From IMG/VR virus record IMGVR_UViG_3300033076_000483, positions 1 through 25,518 of that record: DNA of 25,518 nt; one strand, 5' to 3'. Within the stretch, counting starts at the first letter, position 1. The number at the start of each line of letters is the position of its first letter. This DNA is from a virus (lineage: Duplodnaviria; Caudoviricetes). The translations under genes were made by a program, and so were the position numbers. The notes under the pieces were generated by a model. The model was given only the letters and a program-made list of their open reading frames with translations. It searched no databases and was not told the DNA's origin. Shown here piece by piece: positions 6,944 to 15,712 of this stretch.

Positions 6944-7593
6944 CCGTTCTCACGGTAGAATTTAATATATTCCAATAAAGTATTTAGATGGTTCTCTGTT
7001 TTTTCAACAAACAACAGAGGTTCTGAGTCTTCCACCGCCATAATGATAACAATTTGGTCGATACCTTGACCAATCATTTCTTCATACATGCAGGCATAGG
7101 CAACGCATTGTGCAAAGTAATTATCAATATCTTTGGCTTCTTTCACACGGCGTGAAGTCTTAAAGTCAATAACTGACAATACACCATCAAACTCCGCAAT
7201 ACAGTCAACACGACCTGCCATACCCAATTGGATAGACCACAACGCACATTCTTGATAGTGAATGTTGTCGATTCTGTCCAGTAGTGGCCTGATTTTAAGG
7301 AACATTTCCTTGGCATCAGGCATCACCATGCCAATAGGTTTATTGTTTAGATAATCTTCACAGATTGAGTGTAAGTTTGTACCACGTGATGATGCCTTAC
7401 GTGATATTTGGTTGGCCTTTTCTTCACCAACACGTTTACGCCATTCTAATATGGACTGTTTACCCTTTGCACCAATGACCGTGGTGACGGATGGAAGTTT
7501 AACACCATCTGGTGTGGTGTAGTATCGTTTGCCGTCAGGGAAAGTCTTGGATGTTAGTTCTTCTAGAACCTTAGGTGGGCAGTATGTAAACAT
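6940..7593 (-). CDS. Cas4-like PD-(D/E)XK exonuclease of T4-like phages
   Basis: LPSVTTVI, EWRKRVGEE.AN, RGT..H..CE.YL, AGRVDCIAEFDG.LSVIDFKTS and YF.Q..AYA.M. Confidence 0.9.
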   Translation of the reverse strand: MFTYCPPKVLEELTSKTFPDGKRYYTTPDGVKLPSVTTVIGAKGKQSILEWRKRVGEEKANQISRKASSRGTNLHSICEDYLNNKPIGMVMPDAKEMFLKIRPLLDRIDNIHYQECALWSIQLGMAGRVDCIAEFDGVLSVIDFKTSRRVKEAKDIDNYFAQCVAYACMYEEMIGQGIDQIVIIMAVEDSEPLLFVEKTENHLNTLLEYIKFYRENG

Positions 7594-8378
7594 TATTTAA
7601 TCGCATATTTGTCTGAATAATTTGAATCTTCATATTGTAGTTTAGCTAGAATATAATCTTTCACCAAAGAAGAACGAACGATATCATCTGGTGTAAATTC
7701 AATCTTGGTGAATGCTGTCATGTGGTGTGCAATATCAAAGAACTTGAGAATGCCTGACATATCATTCTTACGTTTGTTCAAGTCTGTTTGTCTGTAATCA
7801 CCACACCAAATAATTTTAGAACGATAACCAACACGGGTCATAACTGTGTCAATTTCTTCATAGGTAAGGTTCTGCATTTCATCCACGATAATGATTGCAT
7901 CATCGAAACTCATACCACGAATAAATGATGTGGAGATAAATTCAATGTAACCTTGTTCACACAATCGTGCATACGCATCTTTGCGGTCGAATAATGTGTG
8001 ACAGATTTGAACGTATGGTTGTTGATAGATTTCCATCTTTTCATCAACATCACCAGGCAAGTGGCCTAGTTCACGTGATTGTACCGCACTTCGTACAATA
8101 ATAATCTTATTGAATGGGTTTGATTTGTCTAATACTTCTTCTAGTGCTTTGTATAATGCACAAAAGGTTTTACCTGTACCTGCAACGCCGTGTAGTGCAA
8201 CAAAGTAATCACCTTGTTTATATGCATCAAAGAATCTCTTTTGATTATCTGTTAATGGCTGAAATGTCTTTAAGTCGTTTATTTTAATCTTTAATGAATT
8301 ATTTACTGGTTGATGTTTTGTCTTAGTTGATTGTTCTTCAATAACATCTTCTCTAGTCACTTGTTTTTTAGTCGCCAT
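7593..8378 (-). CDS. phoH: PhoH-like ATPase
   Basis: PLT.NQ, G.AGTGKT, G.LPG...EK, FIRG.SF...IIIVDEMQN, GD..QTDL and DIVRS.LVK. Confidence 0.95.
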   Translation of the reverse strand: MATKKQVTREDVIEEQSTKTKHQPVNNSLKIKINDLKTFQPLTDNQKRFFDAYKQGDYFVALHGVAGTGKTFCALYKALEEVLDKSNPFNKIIIVRSAVQSRELGHLPGDVDEKMEIYQQPYVQICHTLFDRKDAYARLCEQGYIEFISTSFIRGMSFDDAIIIVDEMQNLTYEEIDTVMTRVGYRSKIIWCGDYRQTDLNKRKNDMSGILKFFDIAHHMTAFTKIEFTPDDIVRSSLVKDYILAKLQYEDSNYSDKYAIK

Positions 8379-8387
8379 TAAAACTCC

Positions 8388-8531
8388 CTATGCTAATAAT
8401 ATTGCAATTCTTTTTGATTGCTTTTCCTCTTTTTTCTTAAATTGTCTTTTCTTGGAGGTTTCTTTCTTCACGGTGGTTTTTTTGTCACTCTCGCTCCTTT
8501 TTGGAAGAAATAATGCGGGTATTTGTTTCAT
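8388..8531 (-). CDS. Small basic hypothetical protein (47 aa)
   Basis: MKQIPALFLPKRSESDKKTTVKKETSKKRQFKKKEEKQSKRIAILLA*. Fills the gap exactly and its start overlaps the upstream stop (ATGA). Below the ORF-track cutoff. Confidence 0.65.
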   Translation of the reverse strand: MKQIPALFLPKRSESDKKTTVKKETSKKRQFKKKEEKQSKRIAILLA

Positions 8532-9028
8532 ACTAAAAATCCAAAAGAAATGTTTAATCTTGGTTTGGTTCCAACAACAGGTTTACTTGCATGAGTGTAT
8601 ATGCCAGCTTGGCAACGCCAAAGCATTTTTTCCTGTATGTGTATCAATTCATTTCCATATATCGGTTCACCACCAGATTCTGGTACCGATAGTAATAGAT
8701 TATATCTGGTGTGTATTAATTTTCCTTTGTTTGTGTCGGAATGTGGATGTATAGATGCACCTTCAAAATTGAAACTTATGAAGTCACCATACACTGGTGA
8801 ACCATTATCTTTTAGATTTTCTGTTTCGACAATTCTATTTTTCACAGTCTTATAAACTTCCGGTAAATCATTCGAAAGTTCCATGTTTTGTTTATATCTT
8901 CTACCATGTCCATTATCCATCGTAGAATCTAAATGTGAATACATCCATTCGATGAGAGCATCTTTTTCTTCATCAGTAATAAAATCAAGGTATGCCCAAG
9001 TATTGTGTGGTAATAATATTTTTACCAT
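8528..9028 (-). CDS. 2OG-Fe(II) oxygenase family protein
   Basis: HSD (HxD), GGEP, distal His in HASKPV, and R.NISFG. Confidence 0.85.
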   Translation of the reverse strand: MVKILLPHNTWAYLDFITDEEKDALIEWMYSHLDSTMDNGHGRRYKQNMELSNDLPEVYKTVKNRIVETENLKDNGSPVYGDFISFNFEGASIHPHSDTNKGKLIHTRYNLLLSVPESGGEPIYGNELIHIQEKMLWRCQAGIYTHASKPVVGTKPRLNISFGFLV

Positions 9029-9300
9029 TCTCTCTGCATTTTGGTTTTGTGGCCACCTTTAATGGTGTTTCCTGGAATGGTTTCTTTCATTCGATTAATG
9101 ACATACTTCTCGAATGTGGAATCAGCCTTGCCTGTTCCTGGTGTGTCCATACGCATACCATCACCTAGACCGACAACATTCTCTGGTGAAAAGTATCGTT
9201 CTAGGTGTGGATTATCTTCTTTGAACTTATCATACTCAGCAAGGCGCATCGTATGTTCTTCAATTTCGTTTGTGTTCTTGTTTAGAAATGTATAAATCAT
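9022..9300 (-). CDS. Phage hypothetical protein (FmdB-like N-terminus without Cys)
   Basis: MIYTFLNKNT.EIEE..M...EYD.FKEDNPHLE; coupled to both neighbours. Confidence 0.7.
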   Translation of the reverse strand: MIYTFLNKNTNEIEEHTMRLAEYDKFKEDNPHLERYFSPENVVGLGDGMRMDTPGTGKADSTFEKYVINRMKETIPGNTIKGGHKTKMQREW

Positions 9301-9848
9301 GGGTTAAACCAAGTTGGTACTGGACGAGAATTAACTTTACCTGACCATGAGGCCAAATGTGTCTTATTCTTTATATAGTAATTTCGATACGACTTCATGG
9401 AATCACCTGGTACTTTTACATCATCAGGCATGGCAGGTGTAGGTTGGTCAAAACCACCACCAAACTCAATGTTTTTTGGCGGTGCGTTGAGATAACCAAT
9501 CAGTTTTTCACAGGCGTGATTCTTGCCATAACGATAGGTGTATTCTTCCATGAGTTCAATCCATAGGCCGAACAGCCAACGATAATGTGATTCACGTACT
9601 CTTACCCAAATAGCACTTGGATGATTGATATGAGTAGCAGAATACAATATGTTATTGCGCTCATCAGGTAATATGTACGATGTTTTCTTTCGTCCAGAAT
9701 CAGACAAACCAACAGACAAATTACCATCAAGAACACGGTGTGCGGTAGATAAAAGTTGAGCATACTCAAGAATCATTTTGATGCAATGCTTGTCGTTGTG
9801 CATACGAGCACATTGCTTGGGGTCGTTGTGTAGATAAAAGATATTCAT
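9297..9848 (-). CDS. Pyrimidine-dimer DNA glycosylase-like (DenV-related) protein
   Basis: MNIFYL..DP..CA..H.DKH.IKMILEYAQLLSTAH, TH.NHPS.IW.R, EYTYRYGK.H and P.AMPD. Confidence 0.8.
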   Translation of the reverse strand: MNIFYLHNDPKQCARMHNDKHCIKMILEYAQLLSTAHRVLDGNLSVGLSDSGRKKTSYILPDERNNILYSATHINHPSAIWVRVRESHYRWLFGLWIELMEEYTYRYGKNHACEKLIGYLNAPPKNIEFGGGFDQPTPAMPDDVKVPGDSMKSYRNYYIKNKTHLASWSGKVNSRPVPTWFNP

Positions 9849-9855
9849 AACGAGT

Positions 9856-9884
9856 ATTATAACACATTATTAACCTGCTGGCAA
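9856..9884 (-). promoter_or_regulatory. Phage early-type promoter TTGCCA-N17-TATAAT with extended -10
   Basis: TTGCCA gcaggttaataatgTGt TATAAT. Confidence 0.75.
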
Positions 9885-10148
9885 GCGTACCCTTTTCACT
9901 GGTGTCCAGTCTTGCCGCAGCTGTCGGACACCATAATTATCGTGTTCAAAGACAGCAACCTGTAATCCAACCTGGGTAATATTACCATCCTTGTCCTCAT
10001 ATTCAGCAACACGGAAATCATAAGACAATGGTTTGGGTATCATTACCGATGATTGTGGTATTTCAAATTTGTGCGGACCACCACTTTGATAAACCTGTGT
10101 TGTTGTATTAAAACTTGTGGTGACGGATATTGTGTTTAATTGTTCCAT
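9870..10148 (-). CDS. Hypothetical protein
   Basis: 92-aa ORF in the coupled - strand array. Confidence 0.65.
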   Translation of the reverse strand: MEQLNTISVTTSFNTTTQVYQSGGPHKFEIPQSSVMIPKPLSYDFRVAEYEDKDGNITQVGLQVAVFEHDNYGVRQLRQDWTPVKRVRLPAG

Positions 10149-10429
10149 AACATTCTAATCAAAGCAATAGTATCAATAGTTGTTAAGAGGATGTAGTTCG
10201 CCAGCATTCCAAAACTCTTTCTACTCCATGCAGCCCAAGCATACATAGCACACCCACTAACCCAAGCAGGGTAAAGGTAAATAAGAGGAGGATTAGGGAC
10301 AGTAACTGCCATACCGATGCTACAAGATAGGCTAGTTGCCCATGCGAGTAATTCGACAAAGAATCGAACTCGGTTTGTTTTGTAGTCATTCTTGATCCAT
10401 TCAAAAATGCCGGCAACTATATCATTCAT
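10136..10429 (-). CDS. Small membrane protein (about 3 TM)
   Basis: Three hydrophobic segments; coupled start/stop. Confidence 0.7.
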   Translation of the reverse strand: MNDIVAGIFEWIKNDYKTNRVRFFVELLAWATSLSCSIGMAVTVPNPPLIYLYPAWVSGCAMYAWAAWSRKSFGMLANYILLTTIDTIALIRMLWNN

Positions 10430-10740
10430 TACAACTTAGGAATGTCCAATGGTGCGTCAACTGGATCTTTTTTCTTCGATGTTGCATTTTTTGCCATTTC
10501 AGCAACCTTAGGGAAACGGCGAGCGATATCTTCTGCACTTACAGTCTGCATAGCAAACTGCTTGAATTCATTATAATCATTCTTAACAACCATAGAACTC
10601 TTAGAATTCATACCTGCACCGTCAGCAGTAAACAATGCACAACCACCTGCGGCCAATGGTGCAATCTCTACGATATGATCCAAATTAATAATAACAGGAC
10701 AACCCTTTTCAAGACTGTCAACTTCTACGAATAAACTCAT
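10429..10740 (-). CDS. Hypothetical protein
   Basis: 103 aa with SD AGGAG. Confidence 0.75.
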   Translation of the reverse strand: MSLFVEVDSLEKGCPVIINLDHIVEIAPLAAGGCALFTADGAGMNSKSSMVVKNDYNEFKQFAMQTVSAEDIARRFPKVAEMAKNATSKKKDPVDAPLDIPKL

Positions 10741-10749
10741 ATTAACTCC

Positions 10750-11004
10750 TTATTTTTTATCACAATCAGGGACACGTACCAAGTATACAGTCACATCATC
10801 GTTTGGTCGTACAAAAAAACATTCACCTTTGATTGACCAGGTCAGGTGATTTTGAATACCGTCCTTAAAATCTTTCAATTCATTAGATGGTTTGTTGTCC
10901 TTTAGGTAGGGTAACAGGAAAGCAATAATACTAATCAACAAAATCAACTCAATAATATTCAATAGAATCCTATTGGTGAAAAAAGATTTAAGTTTCTCAA
11001 ACAT
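10750..11004 (-). CDS. Hypothetical membrane-anchored protein
   Basis: N-terminal TM and two C-terminal Cys; SD AGGAG. Confidence 0.7.
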   Translation of the reverse strand: MFEKLKSFFTNRILLNIIELILLISIIAFLLPYLKDNKPSNELKDFKDGIQNHLTWSIKGECFFVRPNDDVTVYLVRVPDCDKK

Positions 11005-11267
11005 TAGATTACTCCTGCAAGTTTACAAATACCATATACAACAAAACTACCCCAAGCGACAAACGCTAGAATGAAAGTCCATTTAACACATTCATCACCA
11101 TAGTATTCTTTTTCCTTCTTAATGAAGTCACGTTGTGCCAAGACCTGCATAGGTACATCACGTTCAGAATACTTATCACCTTTCAACATAGTGACAGTTT
11201 TCTCAGCCTCATGCAGTCGTCTTACAGCAGAAATATAATCAAGATAACATAACATAATTAACCCCAA
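11004..11267 (-). CDS. Hypothetical protein with C-terminal TM
   Basis: 87-aa ORF; true start may be the ATG at 11255. Confidence 0.65.
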   Translation of the reverse strand: MGLIMLCYLDYISAVRRLHEAEKTVTMLKGDKYSERDVPMQVLAQRDFIKKEKEYYGDECVKWTFILAFVAWGSFVVYGICKLAGVI

Positions 11268-11440
11268 TGGCGTATGACGCCTGCAATAATAAAACCATTT
11301 GTGACCAAGTATGATAACACAATTAGAGTCCTAATGAAAGCCACCCTGTCGGCAAACTTGTCATTAGGACCCGCCTTTTCACCTAGTGCCTTGGCCCAAA
11401 CATTCCACCAATAACGTAGGTATAGTTTCATTAGTCCCAC
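11258..11440 (-). CDS. Small membrane protein
   Basis: W..WAKALGEKA.....ADRVA.IRT followed by a TM segment. Confidence 0.7.
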   Translation of the reverse strand: MGLMKLYLRYWWNVWAKALGEKAGPNDKFADRVAFIRTLIVLSYLVTNGFIIAGVIRHWG

Positions 11441-12030
11441 AGTCCTTCATAATACTTACCAAACAAACGATAACCATTTGTTTTACGTTCTTGGTGTGCT
11501 TTTAGACCTGCCCAATCAACTTTTGGTGGAACATAATCATCACCCCAAAGTTTACCTGTGCTTTTACTATGGTCGAAAAAGTGTTGTTCGTCATCAATAT
11601 CAACCTTTTGTTCAAATGCCCAAATCATTTCGCCAAGAACATAATCCCAACGAGCGTGCCAATGTTCGTCTATATCATAATCTTCCACAGGCCATGCGGT
11701 GTATGAACGCAATTCGAAAGGTACATCCTCATCATCAACAGCAGGTGAACCGTGTTTGGTTTCTTTGAGTTGTTTCAACATTGGCAGAATGATATTGGCC
11801 AAGGTGTGATCCATCGACCAAGTATCATACCTATCAATCTTCACATAATCAATTTGTGGATGAATAAAATCCATCACCTTTTGAATGGCAACACAGATTG
11901 GCATCAAACGGTCTGCCCACTTTTCAATGAACGGATCATCATAGTCAATTTCTTTCCAGAAAAAGACTTTCTCCAAAACTTTGTAAGGAGAAATCCAGTG
12001 GTTGCGGTAATTACTTTTATAGACTTTCAT
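11431..12030 (-). CDS. Phage hypothetical protein
   Basis: 199 aa; DTWSMD.TLA.II.PML.QLK...HG.P and C-terminal G..LFGKYY..LWD. Confidence 0.8.
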   Translation of the reverse strand: MKVYKSNYRNHWISPYKVLEKVFFWKEIDYDDPFIEKWADRLMPICVAIQKVMDFIHPQIDYVKIDRYDTWSMDHTLANIILPMLKQLKETKHGSPAVDDEDVPFELRSYTAWPVEDYDIDEHWHARWDYVLGEMIWAFEQKVDIDDEQHFFDHSKSTGKLWGDDYVPPKVDWAGLKAHQERKTNGYRLFGKYYEGLWD

Positions 12031-12872
12031 AACTTCATCATGTGTTCTAGTGTGTAAACATTTTGTGGCATGTATGGTGATATCTGATAGTCAACATTGA
12101 TAACACCAACGTCACCTTCACGGCGTGGTTTAACCACAACCTCAAAATCACAGTTGTTTGCTTTCTTAAAAGCATCAATACATTGTTTTACAGTAACCTC
12201 TTCTTTGTGACCAAGATATTCATATAATGGCTGAATCTCTGCTGTAGGTACACAACTTGCTCGTTCAATTGCCTTTTCAATTGCATAACAAACTTCTGCA
12301 ATATGCAAATAATCACGCAAGGCAGTACCATCTTTAGTTGCATAATCGGTGCCATACAGGTTGAATGTGCCTGTTTCTATGGCCTTTATTAGATTATACA
12401 TCAGTCCATCGGTGTTGGTTGGTGCATAACCAGCAGAACCAATAACATTACCAAAACGGAAGATAGTATAATTCTTAGCATTCAACTCCGAATACTGGCG
12501 AATCATTCTTTCACCAATAGATTTGGTTGTGCCATACACATGAGGACCATATGCCTGACAGGTTGAAGCGAAAATGAATTGTTTGTAATCAATACGTTCC
12601 AACATATTCATGGTGCCTGTTACATTGGTGCGGTAATAGTCCATCATGGCTTTTTGGCCACCGCCAACTTGTACCAATGCAGCAAGGTGAATGACTGCAT
12701 CATACTCACCGTCAATATGTTTACTGTCCAGAATGTCTTGTTGAATAAACTCATGGCAACCTGTGCCATGGCCACGTTTGTCCAACCCAGTCACGTGGTA
12801 ATTTTTGGACAACCACAAACAAAGGTGTTGGCCAATATAACCGGAACTACCTGTTACTAATACTTTTTTCAT
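12027..12872 (-). CDS. NAD-dependent epimerase/dehydratase (GalE-like extended SDR)
   Basis: VLVTGSSGYIG, HLAA, YGTTK (YxxxK), RFGNV.G, G.DY.T.DGT..RDY.H and RREGD. Confidence 0.9.
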   Translation of the reverse strand: MKKVLVTGSSGYIGQHLCLWLSKNYHVTGLDKRGHGTGCHEFIQQDILDSKHIDGEYDAVIHLAALVQVGGGQKAMMDYYRTNVTGTMNMLERIDYKQFIFASTCQAYGPHVYGTTKSIGERMIRQYSELNAKNYTIFRFGNVIGSAGYAPTNTDGLMYNLIKAIETGTFNLYGTDYATKDGTALRDYLHIAEVCYAIEKAIERASCVPTAEIQPLYEYLGHKEEVTVKQCIDAFKKANNCDFEVVVKPRREGDVGVINVDYQISPYMPQNVYTLEHMMKL

Positions 12873-13222
12873 TCATTGTCCTCGTAATTAATATCATTAA
12901 TGAATTTCATCTTTTGTGAAATGGTCCAATCCTTTAGGTAGTCGTTGTCCTCATCAAAGGTTTCAAGATAATCTTTTGCACTAATTTCACGTACCGATAT
13001 AATATTTTCATCAATGTGTTTCTGTGAGAACTCGCCAAATTCTTCGCAAGTGCCTAGATTCATAACAACTTCATCACATGCGTGTTCAGCTTCACGAGCA
13101 TTCACCACATAGCGATGGCGAAAGATTGAAACTGTTTCGACCATGTATAATTTCTTTTCCATGTTTTTCTCCATCATATCAATTGTTTTCTGAACGTCTG
13201 TGTTTCGCATAGTATTTCTCAA
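12869..13222 (-). CDS. Hypothetical protein
   Basis: Y.VETVS.FRHRYVV...EFSQ.H..E.I; start position uncertain. Confidence 0.7.
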   Translation of the reverse strand: MRNTMRNTDVQKTIDMMEKNMEKKLYMVETVSIFRHRYVVNAREAEHACDEVVMNLGTCEEFGEFSQKHIDENIISVREISAKDYLETFDEDNDYLKDWTISQKMKFINDINYEDNE

Positions 13223-13418
13223 TCTTTTTTGATATGGCTAATATTTCATCAACTAAAGATGGCTTCACAACACCATCAATTTCATCAAGCATTTCCTGCA
13301 ACAAGTCAATTTGACCTTGTTTCCATCTACGGTCAAAATCATTAAAAGCAGAATCACGAATGTCCTTGTGCCAAAGGATACACAGTTCCAAATAAATGGC
13401 AAAAATATCCTTTGGCAT
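13179..13418 (-). CDS. Hypothetical protein
   Basis: Start moved to ATG 13418 (MPKDIF), just after the upstream stop, with SD GAGG. Confidence 0.6.
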   Translation of the reverse strand: MPKDIFAIYLELCILWHKDIRDSAFNDFDRRWKQGQIDLLQEMLDEIDGVVKPSLVDEILAISKKIEKYYAKHRRSENN

Positions 13419-13419
13419 G

Positions 13420-14304
13420 TTACACCTCGATGTATTGCAGTTTGAATTGGTCAGCCAAATCTTCGTAACCGATGTAACCACGTGGGTTTGCTACAACACG
13501 AGTTGTACCAATCATGTAGTCAAACGGCTCATGTGTATGACCATGGGTCCACACTTTAATCTGAGGACGATCCAAAATGAATTCACTCAAATCAGAGCTG
13601 TATGCACCATTAATCAACACTTCGTCTTTGTAACGTGGGTGAGTTGATTGTTTGCTTGGTGCATGGTGACCAACAACAACAAACTTTGCCCATGGCCATG
13701 CAGCACAGCTGGCACTAATATGTGCCAACATTTCTTTATGGTCAGCAACCACATCTTCAGGCATCAATCTAGCAGGTCGAGTATGTGTACCCCATGGGTC
13801 TTGCACAAATTGACCAGCTTCATTGAAATGACCACCTTTGATAACTGATGGAGGATTATTACTGTTGGTAACAGTCTTAAAATCATTCATCACGCCTTTG
13901 ATAGCGTACAAAGTTTGTGGATCTTCCTTGTTCATGTCAGTCCACAAAGTGCCACCAACAAAGGTAACATCCTTGATTGTCACAGATTGTTTATCCAAGA
14001 TATGCAAATTTGGATGCTTGAAGTGTGTGCGTAGAATATCAGCAGTTTTAGCAAAATCACCGTGGTAGTGTTCGTGGTTACCCATGACGTAAACAACGTC
14101 CTCAAACTCAGCACAGCAATTATCCATGAATTCATACAACATCATGGATTTACGTGTCTCAATGATACCTGTAGGATCAGGCAAATGCAAATCCTTGGCA
14201 ACCAAGATATCACCAGAAAGCACCAAAACATCAGCACCTTCTGTATTCAATAATTCAATCGGACCGAATTCCAAATGGATGTCCGAACATAATGCAAATT
14301 TCAT
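13420..14304 (-). CDS. Calcineurin-like metallophosphoesterase
   Basis: SDIHLE, LSGD, GNHEHY, HHAPS, HGHTH and NPRGY. Confidence 0.92.
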   Translation of the reverse strand: MKFALCSDIHLEFGPIELLNTEGADVLVLSGDILVAKDLHLPDPTGIIETRKSMMLYEFMDNCCAEFEDVVYVMGNHEHYHGDFAKTADILRTHFKHPNLHILDKQSVTIKDVTFVGGTLWTDMNKEDPQTLYAIKGVMNDFKTVTNSNNPPSVIKGGHFNEAGQFVQDPWGTHTRPARLMPEDVVADHKEMLAHISASCAAWPWAKFVVVGHHAPSKQSTHPRYKDEVLINGAYSSDLSEFILDRPQIKVWTHGHTHEPFDYMIGTTRVVANPRGYIGYEDLADQFKLQYIEV

Positions 14305-14325
14305 TTACTTCTCCAGTATGTGTAT

Positions 14326-14354
14326 ATTATAACACAACCCGGTTATTTTGGCAA
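14326..14354 (-). promoter_or_regulatory. Phage early-type promoter TTGCCA-N17-TATAAT with extended -10
   Basis: TTGCCA aaataaccgggttgTGt TATAAT, upstream of the phosphoesterase. Confidence 0.75.
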
Positions 14355-14747
14355 GCCTCGTTCCCGCAGTATCCGGACTTGGGTGTCCGGTACGGTACAA
14401 ATCCTGGCACGGTAAATATCTTGCAATTTCGCCTGGTCTTTCATCATCGTAAACTCGACATGGTTGGTTTTCCACAATTCATTGACCAACATTTGAAGCA
14501 ATTCTCTTTTGATAATATCTTTATAATCATCATCATCAACAGGAGAATTCATGCGGTGCATCGTATCAACAATTTTTGAAACGCCTAACATTTCACCTTT
14601 AATCAGGTGTTCTGTTGTTGGTAGTGCTGATGTAGTAGTACTTGAACCTTCCCACATCATATTTGAAGCTGTTATACTAGATATTACGCCATTACTGCCT
14701 ATATTAACTGTTTGTGGTGTTCGTGGTGGTGTTTTGGGATTCGCCAT
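14343..14747 (-). CDS. Hypothetical protein
   Basis: 134 aa; SD GAGG. Confidence 0.65.
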   Translation of the reverse strand: MANPKTPPRTPQTVNIGSNGVISSITASNMMWEGSSTTTSALPTTEHLIKGEMLGVSKIVDTMHRMNSPVDDDDYKDIIKRELLQMLVNELWKTNHVEFTMMKDQAKLQDIYRARICTVPDTQVRILRERGLPK

Positions 14748-15342
14748 AAGTGTAGCCTCTTTTCTTAAATTTTTCTATACGGCCTAGAGCTGGAATAGAA
14801 CCACTATTAATCTTCAAAGTCTTATTCACACAGCAGTCATACTGTCCACGTGAAATGTAAAATTTATTTCCAACCGAAGAATAATATGGTAAACAATGAA
14901 CAAAGTCGAATGTTCTTCTTACCGCATCTGGAATGCCGTGATGTTTAATAATAACTTGGATGCCATTCTTTAATGTCATGGCATTTTCTGTAATAACTAA
15001 TTTTTCACCAGAACCATCATCAAAGTCCACATCACGATATTTTTCATTGTATGTGGCCACTTCATTTTTATATGATTCTGATTTATATAATTTAACAACT
15101 TCGTCACAGATACCTTTGTGTATAAAATACACATCAAAGTCCTTAGGTACTTCACCTTGTAATAAGGATGCGGTGCAACCACCACTCACAAAAAAGTCCA
15201 CCTCAGCACCAATGCCTAACTTTTTAATAGTCATTGCAAATTCTGACACCTTGGATACAATATGATCCTTGGCATTTAGAATATTTGTAACTTCTGCAAC
15301 TGTGAATGCTGGTTCTAACATTTTATGTTTCTTAATCATCAA
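14704..15342 (-). CDS. Putative nucleotidyltransferase (CCA-adding/poly(A) polymerase head-like)
   Basis: SGGCTASLLQGEVPKDFDVYF (GG...DxD), FDFVHC and C-terminal R..KFKKRGY. Confidence 0.7.
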   Translation of the reverse strand: MMIKKHKMLEPAFTVAEVTNILNAKDHIVSKVSEFAMTIKKLGIGAEVDFFVSGGCTASLLQGEVPKDFDVYFIHKGICDEVVKLYKSESYKNEVATYNEKYRDVDFDDGSGEKLVITENAMTLKNGIQVIIKHHGIPDAVRRTFDFVHCLPYYSSVGNKFYISRGQYDCCVNKTLKINSGSIPALGRIEKFKKRGYTYGESQNTTTNTTNS

Positions 15343-15712
15343 TACGTTCGATTGTCATTTCACAATCAATAATCATTTCGGTGTCACCGTATGACCAACC
15401 GTGTTCTTCTAGGTCAAATACAGAGTTTTCTTCCAAGAATTCTTCCAACCAGGCTTGGGTTTCTTCATCACATTCGTCCGTGTCATGTTCTTCCCAACAA
15501 CCATCAGTGGTTTCAATCATTTCAGCTTCGTAACCACAATCGAAAATATCCACTCCCGGTTCCAAATTTGGAGGCGTATCGTCATCGGTGTAGACAACAA
15601 ATTCACCCCAGCGCCAACCCGTTTCAACAATGAGTTTATTCCCATCTTTGAACCACTCTTGTCTTTCAATAATAGATTTTTTCCAATTAGGTGTTACTTT
15701 CCACTCAGCCAT
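15332..15712 (-). CDS. Highly acidic hypothetical protein
   Basis: Start moved to ATG 15712 (MAEWK); 126 aa with about 38 D/E versus 8 K/R. Confidence 0.7.
   Translation of the reverse strand: MAEWKVTPNWKKSIIERQEWFKDGNKLIVETGWRWGEFVVYTDDDTPPNLEPGVDIFDCGYEAEMIETTDGCWEEHDTDECDEETQAWLEEFLEENSVFDLEEHGWSYGDTEMIIDCEMTIERIDD

Noticed and set aside
6940-7593. Cas4-like gene as evidence of a CRISPR-Cas system
   Set aside because: No repeat-spacer array or other cas genes were seen. This exonuclease is a routine neighbour of phoH in T4-like phages.
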